From IMG/VR virus record IMGVR_UViG_3300009506_000001, positions 64,001-128,000 of that record: a stretch of DNA of 64,000 bases; one strand, given 5' to 3'. The stretch comes from a virus. The first letter of the stretch is position 1. Each line of letters opens with the position of its first letter. Below are positions 20,862 to 29,316 of the stretch, in pieces. Under the pieces are notes generated by a model. The model saw only the letters and a list, made by a program, of their open reading frames with translations, was not told the origin of the DNA and made no database searches. The position numbers and the translations under genes are program-made.

Positions 20862-21524
20862 ATGGAAATATATGGTGACTTAAATTTTAAGGAGGTGGGA
20901 CAGTTAGTTGCAGCTGCACTTCAAGAAGAGAGCATGGCTCAGTTCCCAGATGCTGTTGCAAGCTTTGCTGTGGGTGCAATTAAGCAAGGTCGCCTTGCCT
21001 TCTTCAACAACCGTGTATGGATTGCAGTAATACTTACGGCAAATGGAAGTCCAGTTGAAGAAATAGCAACCTGGGTTCCAATCACCAATGAAATAAATGC
21101 ACACGTACATACACAGCCAGTAGCATCAACCCTGTGGACCGTTTCACACAATCTTATTGCTGGTACCCCTGCAGTTCAGGTCTATGACAATACTAATGAA
21201 ATGGTTATTCCAACAAACATAATTCCAATTGATAGCAACACAGTATCGATAGAATTTGATACACCTGTTTCTGGTCGTGCTATTGTGTTGAAAGGAATAT
21301 TTGATGGTAATCAACCTCAAGCACAGCTTTTTGCGTTTGAGGAAACAATCTCTGTAGCATCTAATACTTGGGTAATTGGTCATGGCCTAGGACGGTATCC
21401 AATCGTACGTGTATTCCTTGATACAAATGAAGAAATACAACCAGCATCAATTGTTCACGATAGTTTGATGCAAGTAACAATAACATTTAGCTCTGCACAA
21501 GTAGGTACAGTAAGGTTAGTATAA
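20862..21524 (+). CDS. Virion protein with two TWxxxHxL beta modules
   Basis: LWTVSHNL...VQVYD and TWVIGHGL...VRVF tandem modules; upstream TAAATA. Confidence 0.6.
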   Translation: MEIYGDLNFKEVGQLVAAALQEESMAQFPDAVASFAVGAIKQGRLAFFNNRVWIAVILTANGSPVEEIATWVPITNEINAHVHTQPVASTLWTVSHNLIAGTPAVQVYDNTNEMVIPTNIIPIDSNTVSIEFDTPVSGRAIVLKGIFDGNQPQAQLFAFEETISVASNTWVIGHGLGRYPIVRVFLDTNEEIQPASIVHDSLMQVTITFSSAQVGTVRLV

Positions 21525-21745
21525 TGCCACAGATTACTATTACAAAAGCATATACGGAAACCTTTGCAGCTTCTACAACTTGGGTTGTTCAGCATCGCCT
21601 GGGCACTATTGCTCCTGTTGTGGATTGTTGGTCAGGTGGTAGTCCAGATGAAAAGATGATGCCAGTTTCGGTTGTTGCAAATTCACCAAGCAAAGTGACG
21701 ATTACTTGGTCTGTACCAACAACAGGAAGGGTATATGTGGTTTAA
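21524..21745 (+). CDS. Small single-module virion protein
   Basis: TTWVVQHRLG...VTITW module; translationally coupled to the upstream gene. Confidence 0.6.
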   Translation: MPQITITKAYTETFAASTTWVVQHRLGTIAPVVDCWSGGSPDEKMMPVSVVANSPSKVTITWSVPTTGRVYVV

Positions 21746-21754
21746 GGATTTGAC

Positions 21755-21985
21755 ATGGTAGCAGGATACGATCATACACAGTCATCACCATCCACAACGT
21801 GGACGATTACGCACTCATTGGGGACAACTAATGTTGCAATCGATGCCATTTTGTCATACAATGGCTCGCCTGCCACAGTAGAAAAAGTTATTCCACTGCA
21901 TTTTATTGTGGTGGATGCAAATACAATTAAGGTTTTATTTTCAGCGGCTCAGAAGGGATATGCAAGAGTTGTTGGTGGGGTTTAA
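21755..21985 (+). CDS. Small single-module virion protein
   Basis: TTWTITHSLG...IKVLF module. Confidence 0.6.
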   Translation: MVAGYDHTQSSPSTTWTITHSLGTTNVAIDAILSYNGSPATVEKVIPLHFIVVDANTIKVLFSAAQKGYARVVGGV

Positions 21986-21999
21986 CGGAGGAAAGGATA

Positions 22000-22437
22000 A
22001 TGCTTTTTGATACAATTACGTACATAACTGGTGCCGATCACAACTACGATCTTGCAGGTAGTACGCTGCAGACGCCAACAGCTGGTAGTACAATAATGCG
22101 AATAACAGCTATACGAGCATTCTTGTTACCACAGAATCTTGTTGGTAGCGCAATCGATGCCCAAACAGGACCATCGTCCCCTGCTGGTTCGCCAATTAGC
22201 AACCTTGCTGTTGACATTCGTGTAAATGGTATTTCACAAGGAATATTCTCATTTACGGGCGTTGTTGGTAGTCCAATTCCAGCACTGAGTTCACTAATGT
22301 CGGCCGCAGATAGCATCACAGGAACATTGGCGTCAGGAGATGTTAGTGTTGCGGTTGGTGATATTGTGGAAATGGTGCTGAATACTGTTGCTAGTGCAGA
22401 TGCGATTTCGGTCACAATCAAGACTTTAGCTGCGTAA
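22000..22437 (+). CDS. Virion structural protein (beta-rich)
   Basis: Good RBS (ggagg), in the structural operon, 2 GSP motifs. Confidence 0.5.
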   Translation: MLFDTITYITGADHNYDLAGSTLQTPTAGSTIMRITAIRAFLLPQNLVGSAIDAQTGPSSPAGSPISNLAVDIRVNGISQGIFSFTGVVGSPIPALSSLMSAADSITGTLASGDVSVAVGDIVEMVLNTVASADAISVTIKTLAA

Positions 22438-22482
22438 ACCTCCTGGCATAAATACATAAAATACAGTTTAGGAGCTGATCAA

Positions 22483-23649
22483 ATGAAAGAAAGTTTACCG
22501 ATCGTCGTTGAGGGTCATGTTCACATCGAAGACGACCTTGGAAATGTCCTTTTGGACAAGAAGAATGCTGTGCATCCGCAGAATTTGGCCCGTGTCATAT
22601 CCCGTGCTCTTTCCAATGAAAGCAACTATTTCATCTATCGAATAGCATATGGAAATGGTGGAACCGTCGTTGATCCAACAGGTCTGGTCAACTTCAAGAC
22701 CCCAAACGATGGGCTTCCACCAGATCTTCAGGAATGGCGTTCCCGTTTGTACAATGAGACGTATTCGGAAATCATCGATGACAGCAATTCTAATATTGGT
22801 ATTGATCCAGGCTCCATTGGTACCTCTGTTTCCCGTCCAGGTGGTGGTTCAAACCCAGATGGCGATCCAGCAACAGTTACTCACGTTTCTGGCCCAGGTG
22901 TTCGTAGCCAAGAATTGGGTGTTCTATCACAGGTAGTTATTGCATCTACAATCAACCCAACAGAGCCAACAGGGCAGATTAGCTCCGACCTAGATCCAAA
23001 CCCTGGCACATCCGGTGACGCTGTTGAGAACACAGATGGTACGTTTGTGTTTGATGAACTTGGTCTATATACGACAGGTGCAGGTGCATCGGACAGTAAT
23101 GCTTACCACCAGATTGATGTTGGAGACAAAACCGCCCAAGATGATACCGGTCTCGTAAGTGGTACTACATATGACTTCCAGTATGATGCTGGTGCTGGTA
23201 CTGTTGTTACATCTGTGACACCAATAGGCACAGGTGGTGGCTCTCCAGCAGTTGTTACCTACCAAGATTTGATTGATGCATTGAATGCAGTGCTTCCATC
23301 AGGCCCTTCTGGTGTTGTTGCCTCCATCACAAACAATGAAGTTATCCCAACAGTTAACACATTTGGTTATCTACAGTTCACCACAAATGCAACTGGAGCA
23401 AGTGCAACGATAACTGTGAATAACACAGGTGCAACTCCACTATTCACGGCCCTTGGGCAGACTACACCTCTGACCAACAACGCACCAGTTGCTGGTGAAG
23501 ATGCAGGTGTTCAGAATAATGCGACGGCCCCTGCAACAGAGCGTGAGCGTTTGCTAACACACGTTATCTTCTCACCTGTTTTGAAGTCTGCAAATAGAAC
23601 ACTATCGATTACATATACACTAACTGTAAGTGTTGCTCGATCCTCATGA
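22483..23649 (+). CDS. Baseplate/tail-fibre attachment-like structural protein
   Basis: KKNAV...IAYGNGGT and FDELGLY...LLTHVIFSPVLKSANR...ITYTL motifs typical of phage collar/baseplate proteins; upstream TAAATA. Confidence 0.55.
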   Translation: MKESLPIVVEGHVHIEDDLGNVLLDKKNAVHPQNLARVISRALSNESNYFIYRIAYGNGGTVVDPTGLVNFKTPNDGLPPDLQEWRSRLYNETYSEIIDDSNSNIGIDPGSIGTSVSRPGGGSNPDGDPATVTHVSGPGVRSQELGVLSQVVIASTINPTEPTGQISSDLDPNPGTSGDAVENTDGTFVFDELGLYTTGAGASDSNAYHQIDVGDKTAQDDTGLVSGTTYDFQYDAGAGTVVTSVTPIGTGGGSPAVVTYQDLIDALNAVLPSGPSGVVASITNNEVIPTVNTFGYLQFTTNATGASATITVNNTGATPLFTALGQTTPLTNNAPVAGEDAGVQNNATAPATERERLLTHVIFSPVLKSANRTLSITYTLTVSVARSS

Positions 23650-24179
23650 CAGTATTAACGCTGCCATATGATCAAGCTCGTAGCTTAATCATTGACGGTG
23701 ATATTGTTTTCATTAAGGACAGCCCGAGTTGGGTAGGCAGTGTCATTCGCTTTTTCACCAAATCTAGATATTCCCATGTTGGTATTGCCTTTTGGATTAC
23801 TACGGGTGGTATAACACGGTTAATGATGGTTGAAGCACAGGGTGGAAGTCGTCGACGTATCGTAAATCTAAGCAAGTATGCTGGTGTGGAACTGGATATA
23901 ATGAAGGCACCAAAACCTTGGCCAGATGTTGCACCTCGTGCCTTGGAACACCTAAGTGATGTTCCGTATGGATATATGGAAGCAGCTTATATTGGAATAG
24001 TAGAGGCAATGCAACAGTATTTTGATGTTACACTTCCACGAAAGAATTTTAATGGTGAAATTTGTTCTGAATTTGTAGCCCGTGTTCTGGAGCTACCTTC
24101 CCAGCATGTTAGCCCACAAGCACTGATGGATCAGTTGGTTGAAATGGGCGTCAAGCCTGGCTTACTGGTGAGAGGGTAG
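23646..24179 (+). CDS. Permuted papain-like NlpC/P60 enzyme (YiiX/YebB-like)
   Basis: GDIVF, YSHVGI (His) precedes ICSEFVA (Cys). Confidence 0.8.
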   Translation: MTVLTLPYDQARSLIIDGDIVFIKDSPSWVGSVIRFFTKSRYSHVGIAFWITTGGITRLMMVEAQGGSRRRIVNLSKYAGVELDIMKAPKPWPDVAPRALEHLSDVPYGYMEAAYIGIVEAMQQYFDVTLPRKNFNGEICSEFVARVLELPSQHVSPQALMDQLVEMGVKPGLLVRG

Positions 24180-24217
24180 CCGAAACTACCCCCTCATTTC
24201 CCTGTAACTCCCGTCCC

Positions 24218-24613
24218 TTACTTCTTCGCAGGAGCTTTCTCAGCAGCAGGAGCATTGCGTGGAGCAATACGTGGTGCAGCAGCACCAATACGACCCATCT
24301 GAGGATTCATAACCTTACCACTTGGAGTTAGAACCTTAACATACTGGTGGAAATAGTCAAGTGAGTTTGCACCATTTCCAAGAGTAACATTGCTCATCAA
24401 ATCCCATAGCTCATACATGTGAGCGTTACGGTTGGTGATGATGCGGAACAAACGCTGCTTATCGATACCATCCATCTGGTCGAGACGGATGAAGTACAAG
24501 CCCGTGTTGGATTCCTTGACAACGGCAACCTCAGTGAGAATGCCCTGGCCTTCTAGATCTACCCAGCCAACATGTGGGTATTTTCCCTTGATTACATTAA
24601 TTGCTTCTGACAT
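24218..24613 (-). CDS. Hypothetical protein
   Basis: ATG at 24613 with aaggag RBS and upstream TAAATA; start shortened relative to the ORF track. Confidence 0.6.
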   Translation of the reverse strand: MSEAINVIKGKYPHVGWVDLEGQGILTEVAVVKESNTGLYFIRLDQMDGIDKQRLFRIITNRNAHMYELWDLMSNVTLGNGANSLDYFHQYVKVLTPSGKVMNPQMGRIGAAAPRIAPRNAPAAEKAPAKK

Positions 24614-24689
24614 TTTGTGTCTCCTTTGGTTGCGAATTAACAGTTTTTTGTTACCATTATTTAGAGACCGCAAAAGGAGGGGTTACCAA

Positions 24690-25922
24690 TTACCCAAGTT
24701 TAATTAGGCCGGAGGTATAGGAATTTGAGCTAGTTTGGGTCAAAACACTATTACGTAATCCTGGCGAACTGTCCGATTTTGTGCTGATGTGTATCCAGGG
24801 GTTTCTGGCAAACCATTCGAGGATCAGCTGATCAAACTTAATGTTATCTCGAATATATTGTGCACGGGAGTAGTAGGTATCACCAGTTGAGGCTGTTCCA
24901 TGAATGTCAAGGAACTGTATATCAGCAGCCTGCCCTAGGTCGTGTTGGCTACTACCGGAACCATTTCGCCATCCAGATGTAATTACCATTGTGTGTGTTG
25001 GTGTTGGACTACCGGCATCGATAGCAGTTAAACCATACGTGGTGTCATCACTATTTCTGTAGAGTGCGTATATTGGTTCAAGTACAGTATTAGCGAGATA
25101 GCAGAGGTTTCGAAGAATCTCTTTTTGTGTTAGTCCACACGCCTGTGTAACAGAGGATGTAAACTCATAGCTACTAACAAATGCATCAACAGTTAGATCT
25201 GCTAAAGTGAAATTAGCTGAGAGCTGCACCTCAGGCCACGTTCCAGGGGTTCGAGCCCAAGTTGCAAAGGTTGGTGGTTGTGGTGAACCAGTTGGGTGCG
25301 ATGCCCAGTTAAAATTATCGGGGAGTGCCTCAATCACAGCACATGTATAAGGAGTCGGTGTATTTGAGACCGTTGTATTATCTGTGGCAAGCACCTCAAC
25401 TGGTCGAGGTGTTGTATTGGGAGGTAGGTTAGGAGGTGAGCCAACATTTAGTGGATCGTCATTGTGGACAACGACATGTGCATCTGCTCGTGTAAAGTTT
25501 TCCTTTGTTTGAATCGTGTTCACATTTAAAGGAGACCCGTAAGGAAGAGCTGTTAGACCATCGGTACTACCGTACGAGTTCATTGGTGGATTGTGGTCAG
25601 CAATTGCACCAGCACCACCAGCACACAAAAATACATTGCTTGAACCACCAACACGAGTGTGTCCGCAAGAGTCCACATTTCCAGTAAAGTTTACTTTATC
25701 AGTTACACCAGCACCACCGGCAAAGACCGTTGGACAGCCTTGTTGTGTTACCCAGTTACCTGCACAGTGGATGTTGCCATGATCACAGGCACTGTCAGAG
25801 GTGCCAACGGAACCGTCAATGGCAACAAGCAGTGTATTTGCATAAACGGTTGTATTTGGCGATACATTATTAATTGCACCACCTGCACTATTGGCATCGC
25901 CTATTCGTTGAATTGCTGGCAT
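24690..25922 (-). CDS. PAAR domain fused to peptidase M15 (Zn D-Ala-D-Ala peptidase-like)
   Basis: N-terminal MPAIQRIGD...H..CGH...GSSNVF PAAR pattern; C-terminal ITSGWR...SQHDLGQAADI...WIHIS M15 motifs. Confidence 0.8.
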   Translation of the reverse strand: MPAIQRIGDANSAGGAINNVSPNTTVYANTLLVAIDGSVGTSDSACDHGNIHCAGNWVTQQGCPTVFAGGAGVTDKVNFTGNVDSCGHTRVGGSSNVFLCAGGAGAIADHNPPMNSYGSTDGLTALPYGSPLNVNTIQTKENFTRADAHVVVHNDDPLNVGSPPNLPPNTTPRPVEVLATDNTTVSNTPTPYTCAVIEALPDNFNWASHPTGSPQPPTFATWARTPGTWPEVQLSANFTLADLTVDAFVSSYEFTSSVTQACGLTQKEILRNLCYLANTVLEPIYALYRNSDDTTYGLTAIDAGSPTPTHTMVITSGWRNGSGSSQHDLGQAADIQFLDIHGTASTGDTYYSRAQYIRDNIKFDQLILEWFARNPWIHISTKSDSSPGLRNSVLTQTSSNSYTSGLIKLG

Positions 25923-25981
25923 GGTTTCTCCTGGTCAATAAATATATTTATCAGGGAAAGACACATTCAAAGGAGTTGAAT

Positions 25982-26377
25982 ATGGAAAAGGGTAATAAAA
26001 TGGCAGATATAGATTCGTGGCGGAAATTTCATCTTGCGATCGCTGAGTGGATTGATGCCTGGCGTTTGATTCCTCGTGCGGTGGTTATTTTGTTTGGGTT
26101 CGGTGCCGCTCACGTTACGAAATGGTATATGGGTTTGCATCCATATATTCTTGAGGGATGTGTTGAAGCTGGTGGGAAGGTTTCTGAGTGTATCGTCCAG
26201 GCACCCACAACACAGCATACAGCGCTGCTTTCTGCATTGTTTGCATTGGCAGCAGCTGTGTTTGCATTCTATTCAAATGCAGGTCGTAAGTGGAACGGAT
26301 TCAGTCACTGGAACAAACCAGAGAGCAAAGAACGTAAGGCACCAAAGCCACAGGATGACGAACCAAGTGGTGGTTAA
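25982..26377 (+). CDS. Two-TM membrane protein, possible holin
   Basis: aaggag RBS before ATG 25982, two hydrophobic segments, charged C-terminus, late promoter upstream. Confidence 0.5.
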   Translation: MEKGNKMADIDSWRKFHLAIAEWIDAWRLIPRAVVILFGFGAAHVTKWYMGLHPYILEGCVEAGGKVSECIVQAPTTQHTALLSALFALAAAVFAFYSNAGRKWNGFSHWNKPESKERKAPKPQDDEPSGG

Positions 26378-27366
26378 CGGCTAAGCAGGTCCGTGAACTG
26401 TTCTAAATTTTCGGCAATCTTGGACATTTCATATTTGCCCAAGAACTTCATGAACTGAAAGTAGTTGAACTTGCCAGGATTCTCGACTTCTTTGAGAATT
26501 TCGGTGAACATTGCTGCACGGATGTTTTCGGGCTGGTTGCGTAGATTCATCAGCAGCATGCCTTCGTTGAGCATATCCTTCACAACACGCTCTACAGGCT
26601 GTCCATCTTTTGTGTCTGTCCATGTCTCGTGGAGCAGTTTGTTCCGCTCATAATCATCTTCATACGCTTTCAGAATACGTGTCCAACGGATGCCAGGACG
26701 TGCTGACTGAACATGATCGCCAGCATCACCTTTGAGACCCTTGCACCACAGGAAGAAATCCACAGACTTGTGGTCTTCGGGAATGTTGATCTTACCAGTT
26801 TTGTCTTTGAGACAATCACGGATTGCACTTTCAATCGTGATTTGTTTGCCATCGAAAGGATCATATTGAACGACGTTCGGGAAGAACGTATCACGTCCTC
26901 GGCCAAGGTTCTGGGCAAGATCTCGGTCACGGCTGACAATGATGATCTCATCTTCGCCATCTTCGCCGTAAGCCTCTACGAAACCTGCAACCAGATCGTC
27001 CGCCTCGAGTTCGTTACCAGCAAGACAAATAACGCTGGTGTGCTTCCGCATTAGGTCTTCGAATTCGTCAACGTGTTCTTTGAAGCGTTCGAACTTCTCC
27101 TGCTCCTTTGGTGTCATGTTGAGACGACGGTTGCCCTTGTACTTTTTCGAGGTTAGAGCCTCCTCAGATGCGGTGTATGTCTTACGCCAACTGTGCCGGT
27201 CGAATGCCATCACAACACGGTCAGGACGAAACTTCTTGTAGAACTTGTTCATGCTCATTAGTCCTGTGTGGTGAGCAAGCCCAGTACTTGTGTCTACATC
27301 GTGCTGTTTGTTAGCGAAGAACGTACGGTATAGCACGTTCGAAATATCAAAAACAAGGTACTTCAT
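26374..27366 (-). CDS. rnh: 5'-3' exonuclease / T4 RNase H-like
   Basis: VFDISN, YKGNR, EADDLVA, IVSRDRDL and KGDAGD motifs of the FEN/5'-nuclease family. Confidence 0.85.
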   Translation of the reverse strand: MKYLVFDISNVLYRTFFANKQHDVDTSTGLAHHTGLMSMNKFYKKFRPDRVVMAFDRHSWRKTYTASEEALTSKKYKGNRRLNMTPKEQEKFERFKEHVDEFEDLMRKHTSVICLAGNELEADDLVAGFVEAYGEDGEDEIIIVSRDRDLAQNLGRGRDTFFPNVVQYDPFDGKQITIESAIRDCLKDKTGKINIPEDHKSVDFFLWCKGLKGDAGDHVQSARPGIRWTRILKAYEDDYERNKLLHETWTDTKDGQPVERVVKDMLNEGMLLMNLRNQPENIRAAMFTEILKEVENPGKFNYFQFMKFLGKYEMSKIAENLEQFTDLLSR

Positions 27367-27761
27367 TATTCGTTCTCGTTGTATTGGTCGTCAGCCATAT
27401 CTTCTGCTACCTGCTTAGCAAGCACAGCGACGTAGCGTTGGATAACGGCATTGTCATCGACGCCAGTGTATCCATTGTCACGGAGATGCTTTACAAAAGC
27501 ATCATTCCAGTCGAGGTCAATCTTGATGCCTTTTTCGGGGTCTTGGACGATACCTTTGATCTCGACCCATGGTTCCTCAGAGGCCTTCATTCGAGCAGCC
27601 TCTTCTTCACGAGCCTTTTCCTCGGCAGCTAGACGAGCACGCTCTTCTTCACGAGCCCTTTTTTCAGCTTCAGCAATTTCCTTGCGACGCCTTTCGTCCT
27701 CTTCACGAATCTCAGCGAGAAGCTCATCTTTTAGTGTTTTTCTGCTTTTCCATCCGAACAT
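27366..27761 (-). CDS. Hypothetical protein (coiled-coil N-terminus)
   Basis: 131-aa ORF, translationally coupled to rnh. Confidence 0.6.
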   Translation of the reverse strand: MFGWKSRKTLKDELLAEIREEDERRRKEIAEAEKRAREEERARLAAEEKAREEEAARMKASEEPWVEIKGIVQDPEKGIKIDLDWNDAFVKHLRDNGYTGVDDNAVIQRYVAVLAKQVAEDMADDQYNENE

Positions 27762-27946
27762 TGTTGGTTCCTTATATGAATCTTTTTAAGTGCTTCCAAC
27801 TGTCGTTTGGCCCTACAACATTTAAGCAGTTCCTCAGATGAGCAGGAAATAACCCCAGGACCAGAGATCCGAACTGACTTCTTGTGTGGACATTCCTTAG
27901 AAGGATCTTCCTCACAACGTGTGTTGTATAGACGTTCGTCTGACAT
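27731..27946 (-). CDS. Small Cys-containing hypothetical protein
   Basis: 71-aa ORF filling the operon gap. Confidence 0.4.
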   Translation of the reverse strand: MSDERLYNTRCEEDPSKECPHKKSVRISGPGVISCSSEELLKCCRAKRQLEALKKIHIRNQQCSDGKAEKH

Positions 27947-27947
27947 C

Positions 27948-28652
27948 TTATACCTTTGGAAGTACGTAGACTCCTAGACCACTGACCTTGACGAGCATGG
28001 TGCCTTTTCCGCCGACGCTGAAATGATCAACAGAACTATCCTTAAACAGAGCCAGGAGTGTCTTTACAGGGTACTTATACGTAAATTTACCTTCGCTTCC
28101 CTCTGTGAGCGGTGTTGCTTTTTCAGCAAACTGGTGCTCAAACGTGTCATTGTTCACGTCAACCAGCGAGAAATGCACTCCGTCTCCGTCGCTGTGAAAC
28201 TCGACAAGGTCAGAGCCCATTGCAGCAGCACCTTTCTGGAGTAGCTTGACAGCCTCTGCTGTGACATCTACACGAGCACTTGGTTCGTCATTAATGACAC
28301 GAGGAGCACGGATCGTTGTTGGGTTGGCACACCGATAATCAACTTTGGTGCCTTTTGCTTTCAGTGTTAGGGACCGAACGAATCCTTTGTCGCTGCCATC
28401 CATCACAGCCTCGACTGCAAACCCGTCTAGGTCTTTAACAACATCCAGACGCTGTAGAAATACATCTGTACGATTCAGGCCAATCGAGCCAATTTCCAAT
28501 TCAGGGACCTCCTTTTCAAGAAGAACGACTGTGTGGTTATCGGCAAGGCCTCGTACACTTTCAGGATCGATGATGATGCTGTCAATATCAACGATACCAG
28601 CAGTGTGGACAACATTCTGAATAAAGGAAAGGGTTTCATCGGATAGTTTCAT
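27948..28652 (-). CDS. DNA polymerase sliding clamp (gp45-like)
   Basis: MKLSDETL start, 234 aa, YRCANP linker, near DNA polymerase. Confidence 0.7.
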   Translation of the reverse strand: MKLSDETLSFIQNVVHTAGIVDIDSIIIDPESVRGLADNHTVVLLEKEVPELEIGSIGLNRTDVFLQRLDVVKDLDGFAVEAVMDGSDKGFVRSLTLKAKGTKVDYRCANPTTIRAPRVINDEPSARVDVTAEAVKLLQKGAAAMGSDLVEFHSDGDGVHFSLVDVNNDTFEHQFAEKATPLTEGSEGKFTYKYPVKTLLALFKDSSVDHFSVGGKGTMLVKVSGLGVYVLPKV

Positions 28653-28684
28653 TGTTATTATCTCTTATTGTTAGTTTGGTCTTA

Positions 28685-28713
28685 ACTATACTAAAATTGA
28701 AGCAAATTGTCAA
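28685..28713 (-). promoter_or_regulatory. Sigma70-like promoter TTGACA-17-TATAGT
   Basis: Near-consensus boxes upstream of the clamp gene. Confidence 0.8.
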
Positions 28714-29101
28714 CCACATCCTGTTGCTTTTGTTCTTCAAGCTCTTTTGGGTTTTTCCATTCTTGAATTAGAAAACCGTGCTTTCGTTTAACCCATTCAG
28801 CGAAAACGTGCCGATGACAAAAGTCGGTAGGTGTTTCATAACACAGGAAGTATGTTGGATGTGGCCAGGAGTTCAACCAGTTGAGCCATCCCATGCTGAG
28901 TTCCAGTCTGTTTAGCTGGGCTAAGTACTGCCGTGCATATTCTTCTTCGCTAATGCGACCCTCTTTCACGCCGCAGATCATGTCCCATGTTGGGGCAATA
29001 ATTTTTAGGTGTGGCCCTTTAAACCAATCAGGGGGTCTGCGGCTAATTGAAACCGCGTTTGGGTCTGTTCCCTTACGAGCGTAATTAGATGTGTAGATCA
29101 T
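28691..29101 (-). CDS. DUF488-like protein
   Basis: IYTSNY...ISR..P...LCYE...FCHRH motif. Confidence 0.7.
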   Translation of the reverse strand: MIYTSNYARKGTDPNAVSISRRPPDWFKGPHLKIIAPTWDMICGVKEGRISEEEYARQYLAQLNRLELSMGWLNWLNSWPHPTYFLCYETPTDFCHRHVFAEWVKRKHGFLIQEWKNPKELEEQKQQDVVDNLLQF

Positions 29102-29316
29102 TCTTTATCTCGAACAACCAGGGCAAGTGCACACATGGCACTGTAACGCATGTCCCTTATGCGAGGGTTATTGATGGCCTCTTCCATTTTTTCGACCATC
29201 ATTAGTATGCTCTTTCGAAGAAAGTCCTCATCGACGTCCTGACGTTCGGTCAGTGCACCAAGCACCTTCATGTCGTTACAAACGATCGCCGCCACTTTCT
29301 GGTATTCGTCAACCAT
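29098..29316 (-). CDS. Hypothetical protein
   Basis: 72-aa ORF overlapping both neighbours' start/stop codons. Confidence 0.55.
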   Translation of the reverse strand: MVDEYQKVAAIVCNDMKVLGALTERQDVDEDFLRKSILMMVEKMEEAINNPRIRDMRYSAMCALALVVRDKE

